Below are positions 13,371 to 27,602 of a stretch of DNA of 64,000 bases, piece by piece. The stretch spans positions 186,001-250,000 of the forward strand of contig CT868085.1 of NCBI GenBank assembly GCA_000165425.1, given 5' to 3'. The stretch comes from Paramecium tetraurelia (Eukaryota). The notes beneath the pieces were generated by a model, which searched no databases, had not been told where the DNA came from, and saw only the letters and a program-made list of their open reading frames with translations. Position numbers and translations under genes: made by a program. The stretch's first letter is position 1, and every line of letters starts with the position of its first letter.

Positions 13371-13752
13371 TCATTCCTTAAAATCCTTGTTAGTATCCAT
13401 AACTCCCATATACAAATCCTTAAAAAGTTAAATATTTAATAATTACCAGATTGATCATTTTTTATTATCTTCCGGTTCTTCTACAATACTTTCTTAATTT
13501 AGGATCTGGTATTAGATCTTTTATGTTTCTTCTAATTAATGCATTTTAATCGTCAATTTAGAATTGTTTTAAATTATCAGTATTTTCAAGCTGTTCATTT
13601 GCTTTTTTAAATTCTGGTAAAAAATGCTGGATTTTTTCTAACATTGATGATTAGAAGAACTCAAACTTTGGTTTAGGGTTCAATAATTTTGTGATTGCGA
13701 GTTCACTAGGGTTAATTTCGATTTCACATCTTAATAAGTCTTTTTTTGACAT
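13371..13752 (-). CDS. DUF4598 / NOPCHAP1-like protein (box C/D snoRNP assembly chaperone)
   Basis: SSMLEKIQHFLPEFKKANEQL and C-terminal INLDLYMGVMD resemble the family's FLPxxxxANxxL and IEMNLxLGV motifs; one intron. Confidence 0.55.
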
Positions 13753-13974
13753 ATATTATAAAATAATTAATTTTTAACAATGAACTAGAATAAAGAGATA
13801 TAAGTAAATAGTATATTAATAAAGTTTTAAGTTGTTCAAAATTTGAGTTAGAAATATTAATTGTTGAATAGGGATGAGTCATTCATTAGGAAAATATGAT
13901 TGATTGCTCTAAATGTGAATAATATAAAAGAGAAGCAATTTATAAAATTTGAATTTTAAATATAATAAGTCAAA

Positions 13975-15831
13975 ATGTCAATTCAAAAAAAAGTGACAAA
14001 ATTAACAAAACAATAGAGTGAACAGGGGAAATTTTAAAATATGTATTATGAAGTGCAATTACCATATTTCAATCCTCAATCCAACTCATTATTTGCAACA
14101 TCATTATTGAATAATCCTTCATTATTGAATATTTATCAGTAAGCAATGAGCAGTTATTTGCAAGGATATTATAAACAAGCGATCTTTTTTGCAGAAAAAT
14201 TGCTATGTTTAAGCTAAGATTCAACAGCATTGCCATATTTAGTATTTTTGCTTGGAATGGTATTAATTATTACATAAAATTAGTGCCATTTTGCTAATTA
14301 GGAATTCTCAGGAGTGTATAATCTGTTTTTAAAGCATAAATTAACATAAGGAGATTTTGCAGTATTAGGGGCTAGAGCTTTATATTCAAATAGACAATAT
14401 GAGATGGGAATCGAAATTCTTTAAGAAGAGACTAGCTCATAAAGCGATTGGGTAAGAGGATAATGTTATGAAGCCTTAGAGAATAAGTAGTTAGCAGTTT
14501 CTAATTATTTTGAATGCTTATAGAAAACACCAACAAATGTTCGAGTGTTTTAGCAACTAGTTGATTCATATTTGATTTCTTCAGATGAAAAGGAAAATTT
14601 AGTCTAACAAATTTAATTATCTTCTGATGAAGCCTGGCTAAAGGATTACTATTTAAGCAAAACAATAAATTATGACATAGTGAATTCAAAATTAGCTGAT
14701 CATTTGCAAGAGGAGAAAAGGAAAATTGTGTAATAGTTACAAATTGTTGATAAAGTTGAAACTCAATAATTGAAACCATCCCCAGTACGAAGTCCATATA
14801 TAAGAAAAGAAGAAATTCCAATTCAAAATGACTTAATTTATGTAGCTTTGGAGAAGAAGAACAACATAGACATCTTAAATGTTAAGGCGAAGAAAGCATA
14901 TTACAATTATGATATAGCATCTGCTTATGATTGGTCATTGAAGGCAATTAAGTAGGACCCTTTGTATTTTGAAGTGATCCCTACATATGTTTCATGCTTG
15001 TTGGAATTGGAATAGATAGCCGAACTTTATTATTGTGCTCACAATCTAATTGAGAACTATGCTCAGAATGCCTTAAGTTGGTTTGTAGTAGGAGTGTATT
15101 ACTTTTCAACCAAAAAGTATGAAGTAGCAAGAAAACAATTTTAAAAGTCCATTTAGTTAGACTAGCACCTAATATACAGCTGGATTGGATTAGCACATTC
15201 TTATGCGATATAAGATGAGTCTGATTAAGCAATGTCAATATATAGATCAATAACAAGACAATTTCCAGGATGCTATTAAGCACATGTGTATATTGGTATG
15301 GAATACTTGAGAACTAATAATTTGCAAACTGCTATTTTATCATTATAATAAGCCAAAGATATCAATCCAACAGATCCTATGATTTAGAATGAATTAGGAG
15401 TTATAGCTTATAAACAAAAGAAATATAATGAAGCCAAAGATGTATGTTTATCAATCTTATTATAATAGTATTTCTTAAATGCCTTAGTATTTTGTTAAAA
15501 TTCTAATCATAAAATTAGGGAATCTGCTTTATAGAATCTTGGACATACATTTAGAAAGTAGAAGGATTACAAAAATGCTATTTAGATATTTGAAAAATGT
15601 ATATAAGTAATAATATCATATTACAATTAGTTGAATTCAGTTTCTCCATAGATATTCTTTGGATTGGCATTCTCTTATCATTTAAGCGAATTACCAAACA
15701 GTTTAAGCAAAGCCATTCATTATTATCATAAGTCGCTCTCATTAAAATCTGATTAAACTTTTGTTTAGGATATGCTAAGCAAGGCACTTTAGGAAGCTGC
15801 TGATATGGGATTATCAGAATATATAAATTGA
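13975..15831 (+). CDS. CDC16: Anaphase-promoting complex subunit 6 (TPR protein)
   Basis: QAIFFAEKL, LSWFVVGVYY, WIGLAHSYAIQDESDQAMSIYRS..FPGCYQAHVYIGMEY, DPMIQNELGVIAY, NLGHTFRK; several tiny introns. Confidence 0.92.
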
Positions 15832-16196
15832 ATATATATATCTATTTAAAGAAAAGTAATTTCTTGATATTATCAATAATAAAATAATTTTGTAGAGTCC
15901 AAAATTAAACATAAATAAGTTTCTACAAATAATATTCAATATTACGACCATTCTGAAATATCATTAATGTCCTTTTAATTGTTTATATTTCTTGAATTAA
16001 ATTGATCTCTAGCAAAAATTTATGAGATTCCAAATCAATATACATAATATTAGAGATTAAAAATAATTTAAGAATTATATACTCATAATAAGTCTAAAAC
16101 TGTATTAAATATAAATATAACAGAATCTGTGTAAGACTCAAAGAGAAAAATACTTTAATTTAATAGCTATTATATTTTATTTGAATGTATTGCAGC

Positions 16197-16972
16197 TCAA
16201 TGAGTAGCTGATTAATTGTTTGGAGCTGTAAATGGTCTTCTCTACTCTAAGAAATCATCAAATTCGCCATCTGCACGTCTTATATTAGAATAACTTTGAT
16301 TACCTATTATTAAGATTTGGCCTTTATTATGCAGCTCTCAATTACCTCATAACATTCATCACTATTTCTGCAGTTCGTTCAATACTTAATTATTTGCCTG
16401 CTCCCAACTTAGCTTTCTCATCCTTTACTAATTCACTTAAATTTACATTAATTTTCATACCTGATGTGATCAATGACTTGATCTTCAATAGCTTAACCAC
16501 CATTCTTTCTTTATTCATAAGCTTCTTATTGATTTGCCAAATATTGATTCCAGACACTGTAGGTGAACAATTAATAAGGATGTGAATTGTAGGATACCAA
16601 TTCAAAGTCTCTGTCAATCTAATCGACCATTCTTCTTTCACCACCATGTTTGATTTAAGTGACTTGGCATTCAGCGATGTGAGGTACAATGAAAAATGTT
16701 CTCAAACCCATCTAAAATAATTCTTCCAACTCTTTGTTGCCAAAGAAATATTACTTGCAATGTCTGGAGATCTTTCTGTATGAATGATAAGCTATTCAAT
16801 ATGCATTTGATTTCAAACCTCTCAAAAATGAATTATGGTCGTAACGACATCTAATACCAATAGTGAATTCTGAGCTTGATGGACGTGGGGCATTGAAATT
16901 TTTAGGATGCCAGTTATTTTTCCAACCTGCTCTAGTCCAGAAGAATGACTTATTTCTGATTTTGTAAACCAT
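16197..16972 (-). CDS. Ciliate mitochondrial ATP synthase accessory subunit, ATPTT4-like
   Basis: MVYKIRNKSFFWTRAGWKNNWHPKNFNAPRPS..IKHGGERRMVDQIDRDFELVSYNSHPYQLF..DDFLEQRRPF; resembles my recollection of Tetrahymena ATPTT4 (not verified by search). Confidence 0.65.
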
Positions 16973-17786
16973 AAATTAATTAATATCTTTTATTATTTGC
17001 AAATCAATTACATTAAATTCATTCTTCTTTAATATATACTTTATTTTCAGAAGACTAGACACATCACATAGCATTGAGATTCATTAAACAATTATTTCAA
17101 TATTAAAATCAATCAAACAACATTCATGATGATTTTATTTATTTTAGTCATAAAATTGGAAACATGTGAATCTTTAAGGATTTTGAATTATACAATTAAT
17201 TTAATTATAGCAGAAGTACTTTGTTAATTGAAAAGTCTATCCTCTTAAAGAAAATGATTTTTGAAAAAAATAAAAATAGGCTTTTGTCGATTTTAAACTT
17301 TTATGCAACATAAAAGGAAAAACCTAGCTTAAACTGTTTCAGGAGATTCAATATTAAAGATAATTCAAATAAGTTCACTCCTTCTCAAATTTTAGTAGAG
17401 TCTGAGATCTAATATAAATTGACTGCTTATCCTGAATAATATTCAATACTACAATTAGCTTATTCTAATGCTCAATTCAATAATAGTGTGTGTAAGATAA
17501 GATAGAATTTGTAATTACAGTCTATCTTGAAAAAAAGTAATAATAATTTTGTCTAAAAGTTCTTAAGGTTAATAATAATGTGAAATGAAGAATGATATTA
17601 TTAATCATAATGTGATCAATTGATGCTTACTTGTATAATTGCATAGGAATTGATGTTGATGGACAGCACTATGCCATAAGGAGTTCCATAAATACTGAAT
17701 TTGGTCATTTAAGGCAAATGCAAACAAGGATAAGTTTGTAGTGCGATCGAATAACTTTTAAAAATATTTTTAAAGATTTTTAATTT

Positions 17787-18169
17787 ATGGGAAAGAAGGA
17801 AAAAGGAAAGCCTAATCCATTAGGTGAAGTTAGTAGAGATTACACCATCAATCTCCATAAGGCAGTTCACAAAGAAACTTTTAAAAGAAAGGCACCTAGA
17901 GCTGTCAGTCACATTGTCAGATTTGGTATTAAATCATGCACTATTTAGCCTAAAAAAACATGTTAACTGAGGATGTTAGAGTAGATCCACAATTAAATGA
18001 GGCAGTTTGGGCAAGAGGAATTCGTAACTTGCCTAGAAGAATTAGAGTAAGATTATAAAGAAAGAAGAAGGAGGAAGATGATGGTAAAGGTAAGTACTAT
18101 ACCCTTGCTCAATATGTTCCAGTCGATTCCTTTGATAACCTTAAGACTGAAATTACAAAATAATAATGA
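17787..18169 (+). CDS. RPL31: 60S ribosomal protein L31 (eL31)
   Basis: [54 protein letters not shown]; 23-nt intron 17926-17948. Confidence 0.97.
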
Positions 18170-18209
18170 TATATTTTATGTACAATATATAGACAGACAT
18201 ATAATCAGC

Positions 18210-18771
18210 TCATTTGAAACTTAATTACCATAAGGCATCGCCAAGATGATGTACTAATTAAATTGCATGACCTTTTGGGTCTTTTTTAATATCATCAGAA
18301 TTTGCAGTCATTATTCCTATTCCCATTGCATTTTCCTTGCCTTCTCCATAGATGCCTACAACCTATCCTTTTTAAGCCTAAGGAATATATAAATTAACTT
18401 ACTGGATTAAGTTGTCCTCCTTAAGAAATGAGTCCTGGAGCCAAGACATCAGAACCACTTAAAATATGCTTGATTGCTCCTGCATCAACCTATTATTTGA
18501 TTAATAGATCTGGGAATTTGTGGACTAATTTCAAATGCGGAATGACTAAATCTTCTTTAGTAAAACAAATATAATCTTTGTCAACTTAGACAATTTCGAC
18601 TTTGTATTCACTTCTTAATTTAAATGATTAGATATTGGCTTTCTTAGGAAATACCTCATCCTCTATTTCTTTGAAAAAAGGGTACTAATCATTGAATGAT
18701 TGCTTCAATTCCTTGACTCCAGTCTTGGAAAGTAATGTTGGTTTGGAAAGATCCTCTAGTTTCTTGAACAT
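18210..18771 (-). CDS. MCTS1: MCT-1/Tma20 translation re-initiation factor (PUA domain)
   Basis: MFKK..IPHLKLVHKFPDLL..VDAGAIKHILSGSDVLAPGL..GKENAMGIGI..KGHAI..YLGDALW. Confidence 0.92.
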
Positions 18772-18808
18772 AATTTAATTAAATATTCAAATAAATAAAT
18801 ATCATAAT

Positions 18809-20394
18809 ATGTAATCCTGGTAAACTTGTGCTCTATCTGGAGAGTTGATAGAAACTCCAGTCATATCTAAAGTGAGCGGACACATTTATGAAAAGAGATT
18901 AATCGAAAAACACATAGAGAGCACAGGCACATGTCCAATAACTGGAAGACCATTGAATATCGAAGATCTCATCGAAGTATGAATTGTATCAGAACAATAG
19001 GTGAAAGTATCTAGAGTTTAGAAACCAAGGCCAGTGACAGCCACATCAATACCGTCGTTATTGTCATTGCTATAAAATGAATGGGATGCATTATTATTGG
19101 AATAATTTTAATTAAAATAACATTTAGAATAAGTGAGACATGAATTAACACATGCATTGTATTAGCATGATGCAGCTTGTCGAGTGATTGCTAAATTAAT
19201 TAAAGAAAGAGACCAAGCTAGAATAGAATTGTCATAATTATAGCACAAATTAAATCATAAAATTGAAGTAGAAGCAAATAATGCCCCTGAGAAGTTATCA
19301 TCAAATTAAATTGCTGAAATTGAAGAAAATGCGATTAAATTAACAAATCAAAGAAAAGCCTAAAGAAAGTAATAGTCGTACTTCGATTAATTCCCAGGCC
19401 CTGAAGTAATAGATCCTAATTATAATAGATTCTATCAAATTATGATGTAAAATAAGAATACCAACAAACATAAGGAGGTACCTCCTTGGATACAAAAGAC
19501 AATTATGTGTTAGTAGGTGGATAGGCTGGATTAATCTAATTGTACTCTCATGAAAAATTAGTTTATTCTGCTTAAGAACATACATAGTCTATTACTTAAG
19601 TGAATTTCTTTACTTATGATGAGCATCTTAGGTTTGTGTCGTCTTCATAAGATGGAAATCTCAAATTATACTAATTTAATTCTCAAAGTTAGGAAGGTTA
19701 GGTTACTTAAACTATTAATATCGGATAAAGTGTTACAGGAGTTGCAATCCATCCATTAGGATATGTTGCTATTATAGTAACCACTAATGGAGTATTGGCA
19801 TATTATAATTTAAAAAATGGATAGCAATTGAGTAGAGTTACTGACTTTGAAGGTTAATGTTAATTCACTTCAATATCTGTTCATCCTGATGGATTATTAT
19901 TGGCTATTGGATAGGCAGATTCCTAAATTAAGGTTTGGAGTATTGTGAAAAGTCAATTGCTGGCCCAATTGGAAGGATAAGAGGTATTAATAAGTTATAC
20001 CTATATAGGGAGCTGTCACGAACCTATCATTTTCTGAAAGCGGAGCAAATTTGGCTTCAAGTAGTAGCAGTGAAGTTAAAGAATGGGATTTAAGACGTCC
20101 TGGTTAATTCTCAAAGATTTATCAAGGCCAAAAGATCGGTAACTTATGATCCTAAGTTGTTTTAGGTGGTTTATCTTATGATCCATCAGGATAATTTTTA
20201 GCTGTCGGTAGTAATAAGAGTATTCACTTTTTTGATGTTAAGAAAAAGTAGGAATTCTGCAAAATTGACAGTCATAGAGACCTTGTCACTGGCATTAGGT
20301 ATACAAATAATTATAGGATTATAGATTTGGGCAATTAAGCAAGAATATCTATAGCTGCAGTGTTGATAAATCAGTAAATATCTATGGTAACTGA
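18809..20394 (+). CDS. PRP19: Pre-mRNA processing factor 19 (U-box, coiled coil, WD40)
   Basis: CALSGELIETPVISKVSGHIYEKRLIEKHI..CPITG; SIPSLLSLLQNEWDALLLE..LTHALYQHDAACRVIAKL; WD40 motifs HPDGL and FSESG. Confidence 0.96.
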
Positions 20395-20433
20395 GTAGAT
20401 TTTTTAATTATATAAATAATCAGTTAATTAAAT

Positions 20434-21813
20434 ATGTATTAAAGGACATCGATCTCTCATTGCTAATTGTGTAAGATGCAAGCCATGAAACCTATCTCAT
20501 TAATTTGCTCTCATACACTTTGTTTCAAATGCGCATAAAATATATCTATTTAGGAAAATACAAGGTAAGAGAAAATTTGAATTTGTATTTTAGTTAAATA
20601 CAGAATAAGTTCAGAATTTAGTGTCCATTATGCCGTAGAGTTACTCATACCTATGATATCAATAATCTCTTAATGGAAAATAATGAACTGAATCTGATTA
20701 CAGATTCAAGTGAAATGGATAGGGAGATTCTAAATGAGGTATTTACTTAATTACATGTAGAGTTAATTATAAAATGATTCATAACATTGCAGAAGGTATT
20801 CTAATTTTGATATTCCAAACAAAGCTCAAAATACAGCTCAATAAAAAATGTCAGAATTATTAACATAAACTAACAACGCTATGAAATTGATGAATGAAAA
20901 ACCTAAACAAAATAATACAACAGTTGGACACATCCACAAATAATCAGCCACTGTTGCCGTTATCCCTGATGACAGTATTTTTTTATTTGAATTATTAGAT
21001 CGTTCCAAAGTTCAACTCAATTAGCAACCATATGGATCCTAATTTTAATCTCAGATCTAAAAAACCTTAATCTAATATCAACAACAACAATAAGAACTTC
21101 AATTACAAACTTAACTAGTTAATAAAGATATCTTAAAGCCTAATAATAACACTCCTAATGCTAGTCCTTATTCAACTCCACTTGCATCCCAATTTCACAT
21201 CAATTTCCAAAATACCGATAATAAAAAACAAGCACAGAATCCTCTTCAATTCTAACCCTTAAAGGATAAACCTTATTATTTCGATGATAAAAAATACACT
21301 TAGGAAGTTAAAGAAAATTAATTTCAAAAAGATATACAGAAAGAAATTACAGAACCATCTCGACACAAAAGAAGTGCTACTGGAGTTCCTAATAAATAAT
21401 TAACCAATAATAATATATCAATCATTAATAATGTACCTCAAAATAATAGCAATACTGAAAGTTCTGAATAAATTATTACTTAATATTTCTAAATTATACA
21501 AAAAGGGCTATAAAAATTAGAAAAAGACACTTTAATGATCATTAAAAACAAAAATGTTCACCCACAAGCTCTATATTAAAAAATGAAATAATTAAATCAA
21601 ACAAAAGATCAAGATGGAGAACTCATTTAATCAATCAAAATAATACTCAAATTACAAACTGAATTAAATGGGCTATCAACACCATCTTGTCATAGAAAAA
21701 CAAGTTCTCATGCAAGTCATAGATATTCTAATAATACAACCAATACAAAAAGTGATCATAGTTCTACTTCAATTTTGCAATAAGAATTTAAAAACTTAAA
21801 GAAGTTGTTTTGA
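20434..21813 (+). CDS. RING-finger protein with Q/N-rich low-complexity tail
   Basis: CQLC..PISLICSHTLCFKC..CPLCR (C3HC4 pattern); Gln-rich body. Confidence 0.82.
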
Positions 21814-23014
21814 TAAATATATCATTTTTTTTAATTAAATGTATTTCCGCATCTAACAAAACTTAATTCAATTTACTTAGTTTAATAGATAATCAATTTG
21901 ATAAAGGCTAATGCAAATTCTTTTCAAATTTAATCGCAATTTCACGATATTCCATGTTAATTAAAGCCTAAATATTTTAGTTATAATAACTCTTAATAAG
22001 ATATTGAGTAGCTTAACTCTTTTTAAATTAAATTCTATCTTCAAGAATGCATCATATTTTTAAATCAGGAACATTTTAATTTTGATATAAAAGTTTTCAA
22101 CAAAGCAAAACCCTAAGATAAGTTAATCCTTTGACTAAAGACTATCTAATTTATTCAATGAACAGGTTTATCTTGTAATTTTATTTCAGAAGGAGCAATT
22201 TTAGTTTAGATTAATTTGGTTCCTTTTTTTGACAATATTTAAGGTCATTGCTATAGAGATACAATTTCCATACGTTAGATTCATCTTTGAAAAATGGAGG
22301 CTATTCGGATCATTTTGTATAGAAATCAAACTTTTGGTAATGACTGATAAAGAAATTTTACGAATATATATAATAAGCTTCATTATTTTTCTTTTAAACA
22401 AATAATAACAGATTGCAGATCCCTGTTCTAGACAACTTAATAAAGGTTTTAAAAGGAATCCCTTTTTTAAATAAATCATTAATTTTATTTGTTCTGTGAA
22501 GTATTTGTAAATTAAGAGTAAGAATGAAAAAATTTTTAAAGATATATTCTCAAATAAAGTTTATTTTTAGTTTAACATTTATTTTTAATACAAATATCAA
22601 TAAATTAATAGGAGTAATCTGGATATATTTATTAATCTGTGTGACCTTTGTGCAATTACAAATCATTATTTGTTAATTATTTATGATATGATGGAAAATA
22701 AGAAAAATATACTATTTAATACATTAATTTTATTGGCAATTGAAAAAATTAATCCATAACAAGATTTAATTTAATTAAATTGAGATGATGTTTATCAAAA
22801 TAAGTAATATTCAGAATTCTATTACCTAAATATAAGATATATAGAATTTTGCAACTTATATTAATTCTGTCATGGAATTCATTGAATAGAATAAAGATGG
22901 ATGAAAGCAAAGTGAGATTTTGACCCAAAAGGATATTAAAATGACTAGAAGAATAAGGTGATAATATTCAGATATATATTTTATTATGTATGTGCTATAC
23001 AATTATAATTTTAA

Positions 23015-23312
23015 TCATTGTTGAGTATTAAATTAAGAAAGAGTAGATTACTAGTTATTCAGTGTCATTTAGGATTCAGCTGCTTCCATACTGGATTCCC
23101 TAATGCTAGATTTACTGAAATACCTTTCAAACAAATGCTTTTCTGAATCTGAGGAGATGCTACTCTTAAAATCAGAACCGCTTTCAGATAAATAATGCTC
23201 GTTTTAAATTTCTGCAAGAATAAAATTAATTATTACTTTCACATTCTTTTATTGCTCTAGCAAATATAACCGATCGAAGACTGTCATAGCCAAATGATGA
23301 ATGAAGAGACAT
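23015..23312 (-). CDS. Small (~90 aa) Ser-rich hypothetical protein
   Basis: MSLHSSFGYDSLRSVIFARAIKECE, 25-nt intron gtaataattaattttattcttgcag, KIQNEHYLSESGSDFKSSISSDSE..TQQ TGA. Confidence 0.6.
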
Positions 23313-24402
23313 ATTTTGAACGTTCAAATAATTAGAAATTTATTTATTGAATTTCGTTTTTAACTTCTATAAATATACTTAATTAATGCGAATAAAAAAT
23401 GCGTAAGTGATAAAATAATTGCTCAGCAGAATTATTTATTTAACTGGCTAGATAATTCTTGTAACTATATGGCAAGAGTGTAGATCTTCAAAGGAAAGAC
23501 ACGATTAGAAAAATTAATTGAATTTAAATATAAATAAAAAATTATTTTGGATATTCAATTATTGGTTATTAGAGTTATTCAGAGACTTTATTGAAAATAA
23601 AACTTAATATATGCTTTCCTGACTGGTACATTAACTTGGTTTAGAAGCAGTAATGAAACTAATAAGTACTTATTACAGATTGCAGGTATTTGAGTTATCT
23701 AACAGTTATATTTAAAATTTGAATTAAATTAGGTTTGTTTTAATATCTGACATAAAGGGTAAAATTTATTATTTTTTATCTAATTTTAAGTTAAAATTAA
23801 TATTAAACAAATTTTGGTTCTCATAATTGAAGAAAAAATATGTGAGTATTTCTCACTTTACTTGCATATTTATAAAATACAAATTTTTTGAATTAATTAG
23901 AAGGCAAAAAAAATGTATTACTTATTATTAATAATAAATATTTTTAAATGATATTTTATTTCAAACTAAATTTATGACTTTTGGTATATTTATATTATAT
24001 ATAAAAATAGACTTCATGGTATTAAATGATAGTTTTAAAAGTCCTGTTAACGTAATTTGAAATCATATTAATTAAAAGTAGTCCTATATAGTATCTCAAC
24101 ATTAATCCACTTGCTTATTTAACTTAAAAATTAATAAGAGAGAATTTCATGTGAGATGCAAATATTTTGATATTGTGAAGATAGTCATTAAAAAGGAAAG
24201 GTCAATAAAAATCTAATTTAACCTGTCTTTTATTAATATATCTTTGTTCTTGTTTCTTAGATTAAAAAGAAATTAAATTGAAGATCACTATTTTTAAATA
24301 AGAAATTTTAAGTTTTGTATTGATAGAGATAATAGGTGATCTATGATCTATAGTTTTAGCTTTAATAGATATAATTGAAAGTAATTAAATACTGGAGTCT
24401 AT

Positions 24403-25974
24403 TCATGTGTAATTTAATATCAAATTCGGGAGTGATCTTGGTATGGGTATACTATTTCTGCGTCTATCATTAAGTTGACTATCTGTTTTCCATCGGTGAA
24501 AGCATTTCATGGCAGAATGAGTGAAGATTTCAATTGGATTTGCATAAATAGGTTTAGAAAAGGTTTCTGGTGTTTCGAGATTTAAAAAACCATCCATATC
24601 ATTGGTATAAAAGTTCAAGTGACTCCTTTGGGATTCTTCAAATTCTTCTATCATACTCAAAGTAGATTTGAAATTGTGGAATCCGGAATCAAAGATGTGC
24701 AATTCACTTTTTATTCTATCAAACTGCTCTTTAAATTAATTTTGTTTTTATTGATTAATTTCATGAAATTATACTAGAGTCTCATTGGTGCAGAAGTAAA
24801 TGATATTTTTATTAACATTCACTAAACAAGGTATTAATTCTTGAATATTATACTCCTATTCGATATTTCCGATAGTATATGAGACAGTAGGCTAATTTCG
24901 TTATTTAAATGCCTATTTAGATTATTGTTGCTCTGATATTTCGATTGATTATTTGCGATTGCTTTTATTTTGAGTTTCGGCACTTCTCCACTTGAGCTTA
25001 GCCAAAACAGCATCAATAGCCTGTCTTTATAAATCTGTAATTTCTGGCCCGTTGCAACCTGACAATAAATCATCCAAGTTAGTAGCTGATCCATTATACG
25101 TTTACCTGTAAAAAAGAATATATAATAAATACTACAGATAAGGCAAATCTTTTTCTCTTTTGATCAAACTATTAAATCGATTTTTTAGATTATTTTCACT
25201 TCTTCTTCCATCCATAATTTTTGATATTTCTGACCATCTTCGACCAATTTCTTTAACCGTCTATAACAACTTTATATCTTCATCGTCTGTCCAAGGTTCT
25301 CTACATAAAATGCAAAATTAATAATACTTTGATATTTTTGGATTGAGGTGATTTAACCATCTTTCTCTACATTATTTACTAGATCTATAGGCCGAAGAAT
25401 TTTGATTTAATTCTTATGAAATTAGACTCCACTTTTGACCCTGATCAGCAGATTAATACTTCATAATGATTTCATACAATTTTTAATCCTCTTCTGGTCT
25501 AAAAGGTTACTACTACAAAGCAACCTTTTACATTTAAGCCCACTTTTATTTGCATTGTTCTTTATCTCTGCGACATATCATCTTTGAAACTTCTTCGAAA
25601 AGTTCAGTTGACAAATCCCTCAGATCTTCATTTCTTATTTAACTTAGTTTCCCTATAAGCCAAATTAGCACTTTCTTTTCATTGAGAGTCCAATTTTTCT
25701 TGAGATTAGAATTCCATCCACTTGTAGTCAGAATCTCCAGTTATATTTAATTAATTTCTTCGTCAGTTGGAAATTAGGTGAGTCCTAAATTGAAAAATTC
25801 TTTCATGTATTCGAATTTAGTAAAAGTAGTGTTCTAAGCTTGAGAGTAGAAATTTTAGAATTCCTAATAGAAATTATTATCATATGAATCCGAATTTTTT
25901 CTTTAAGATATCGCTGTCTTTAATTTACTTTTAGATTTCTTTCTCTCTACCAAGCTATTATTTCTTTTACTCAT
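24403..25974 (-). CDS. Myb-family transcription factor (one divergent plus two canonical Myb repeats)
   Basis: NWTLNEKKVL..; FRPEEDQKL..KWSLIS..RSSKQCRERWLNHLNPKISKEPWTDDED..GRRWSEIS..RSENNLKNRF. Confidence 0.93.
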
Positions 25975-26012
25975 ATAATAAATATTAATGAAAATAACAA
26001 ACTATAAACACT

Positions 26013-27602
26013 TCATTTACTCTTCGCCTTTAATCTACTTAATTTCTTGCTCCCATTTTTATCAAAAACGTATAAACTTATGGCAATCACAAAATTAAAA
26101 CAACTTACACCAACAAAGAAATAAGATTGATAAACATACCTAAATAATAATGATTTCATAATGTTACCCTTGAAAAGGATCTACTTGTCCTTCTTCATTG
26201 ATTAAATGGCTATTATATAAACTTCCAGTAATGAGAGGAAACAAGGCCAAAGCTGTGTTTTACATAACTCCCAACAAACCAAAGGCAGTCCCTATTATTG
26301 TATGTTTATGAGTACCTATCATCTGCGATTTAACAACCAAAGGGATGGATGGGATTAAAATGGCTGAGTAAAAAGAATAGCAAATTCCCAATGACAATAA
26401 TGGTAGAGCTGACACTCCACAGGCAGTCTAATTTAGAATATATCTTATAGATTTACATCACAATAGATAAGGAGAAGACACAAATGAGTGATGATAAATA
26501 TCACTGTAGTAAGAACTATCAATAAGGAACGTTAACGAATCTTGTCACTGTAAATACCGACAAAGGGAGTCACACATGCTGCAAACACATAGGGAATTGT
26601 GAGTAAAACACCTGCTGATTATTAACTAAACCCAAATTTGACTTAAAAAAATGCATTTCCATTGTCCAAAAATGGTACAAAAAGTGCTTCACTCAACATA
26701 ATAATGCATGATAAAATCCAATATGATCCATCCAAATGCTTCAAATCTGATAACTTAATCTCTTCCTTTGCTTCATGAGCTTCCGCTTCTTCTTTTTCTT
26801 CCTCTTCATCATCGTCATCCTCCTCCTCTAATAATGATACTGATCGATCACTTTCCGTTGATTCGCTTTTTCTAATCTATAAACTCATCTCTTAAGCAGA
26901 AGGCTATGCTTCTTTATGCTCAGGATTTCCATCCTCTGGATTGAGCTCTCTCCAAATTATCATTAATTCTTCGTTTTTCTTGTCTAAATAGATTAATGCC
27001 AATCCACATCCCCATGAAAATATTACTATAAAAAGTCCCACTAAGAATGTGAATCCCAATTCCCCATGATTTGCTTAAATCTGAGGACTAACTACACTAT
27101 TTAAAGCACTTCCTAATTTGGGTATCGATAAACACAAACCCAATGCCAAACTTACTTACCCTCCTTAAAACCATTACGACATTATGGCTGCTTATGCTGC
27201 ATTCAGACTTTCAGAGCCAATGCCAAATATGCATCTACCAGCCAACATTGTACCATAAGAGAAAGAGTATCCACCAATAACTACAATAGTCTAACCCAAA
27301 ATAAGAATAGATGAGAATATCAATATACTCACTCTCACTCCTATCTTGTCAATAAGGATTCCTCCAAAAAATGGCAAGATGATATTTGGTGCAGAATATA
27401 TTGAATAAAGCATGTTGAATTAAACATTGTTTAGGTTCATCTCTGTTTAGATCGTGGATTGTAAAGCCATAGGATTATCGAAAGCATAAGCATCTCCAAA
27501 TAATAGAAAACAAGCTAAAGCAAGTGCCAACCATAATACCCATGTCTTTTGTAATGGTAATTAGTAGAGAAACGACTGCTTGCTTTCTTTTTCTAATTAC
27601 AT
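26013..27602 (-). CDS. Major facilitator superfamily transporter, MFSD1-like
   Basis: GDAYAFDNPMALQ, FNMLYSIYSAPNIILPFFGGILIDKIGVR, MLAGRCIFGIGSESL, IGTAFGL; acidic central loop. Confidence 0.9.

Noticed and set aside
17640..17705. Possible box C/D snoRNA upstream of RPL31 (TGATG..CTGA)
   Set aside because: Box C is imperfect, I could not identify an rRNA-complementary guide, and the segment fits a degraded coding relic equally well
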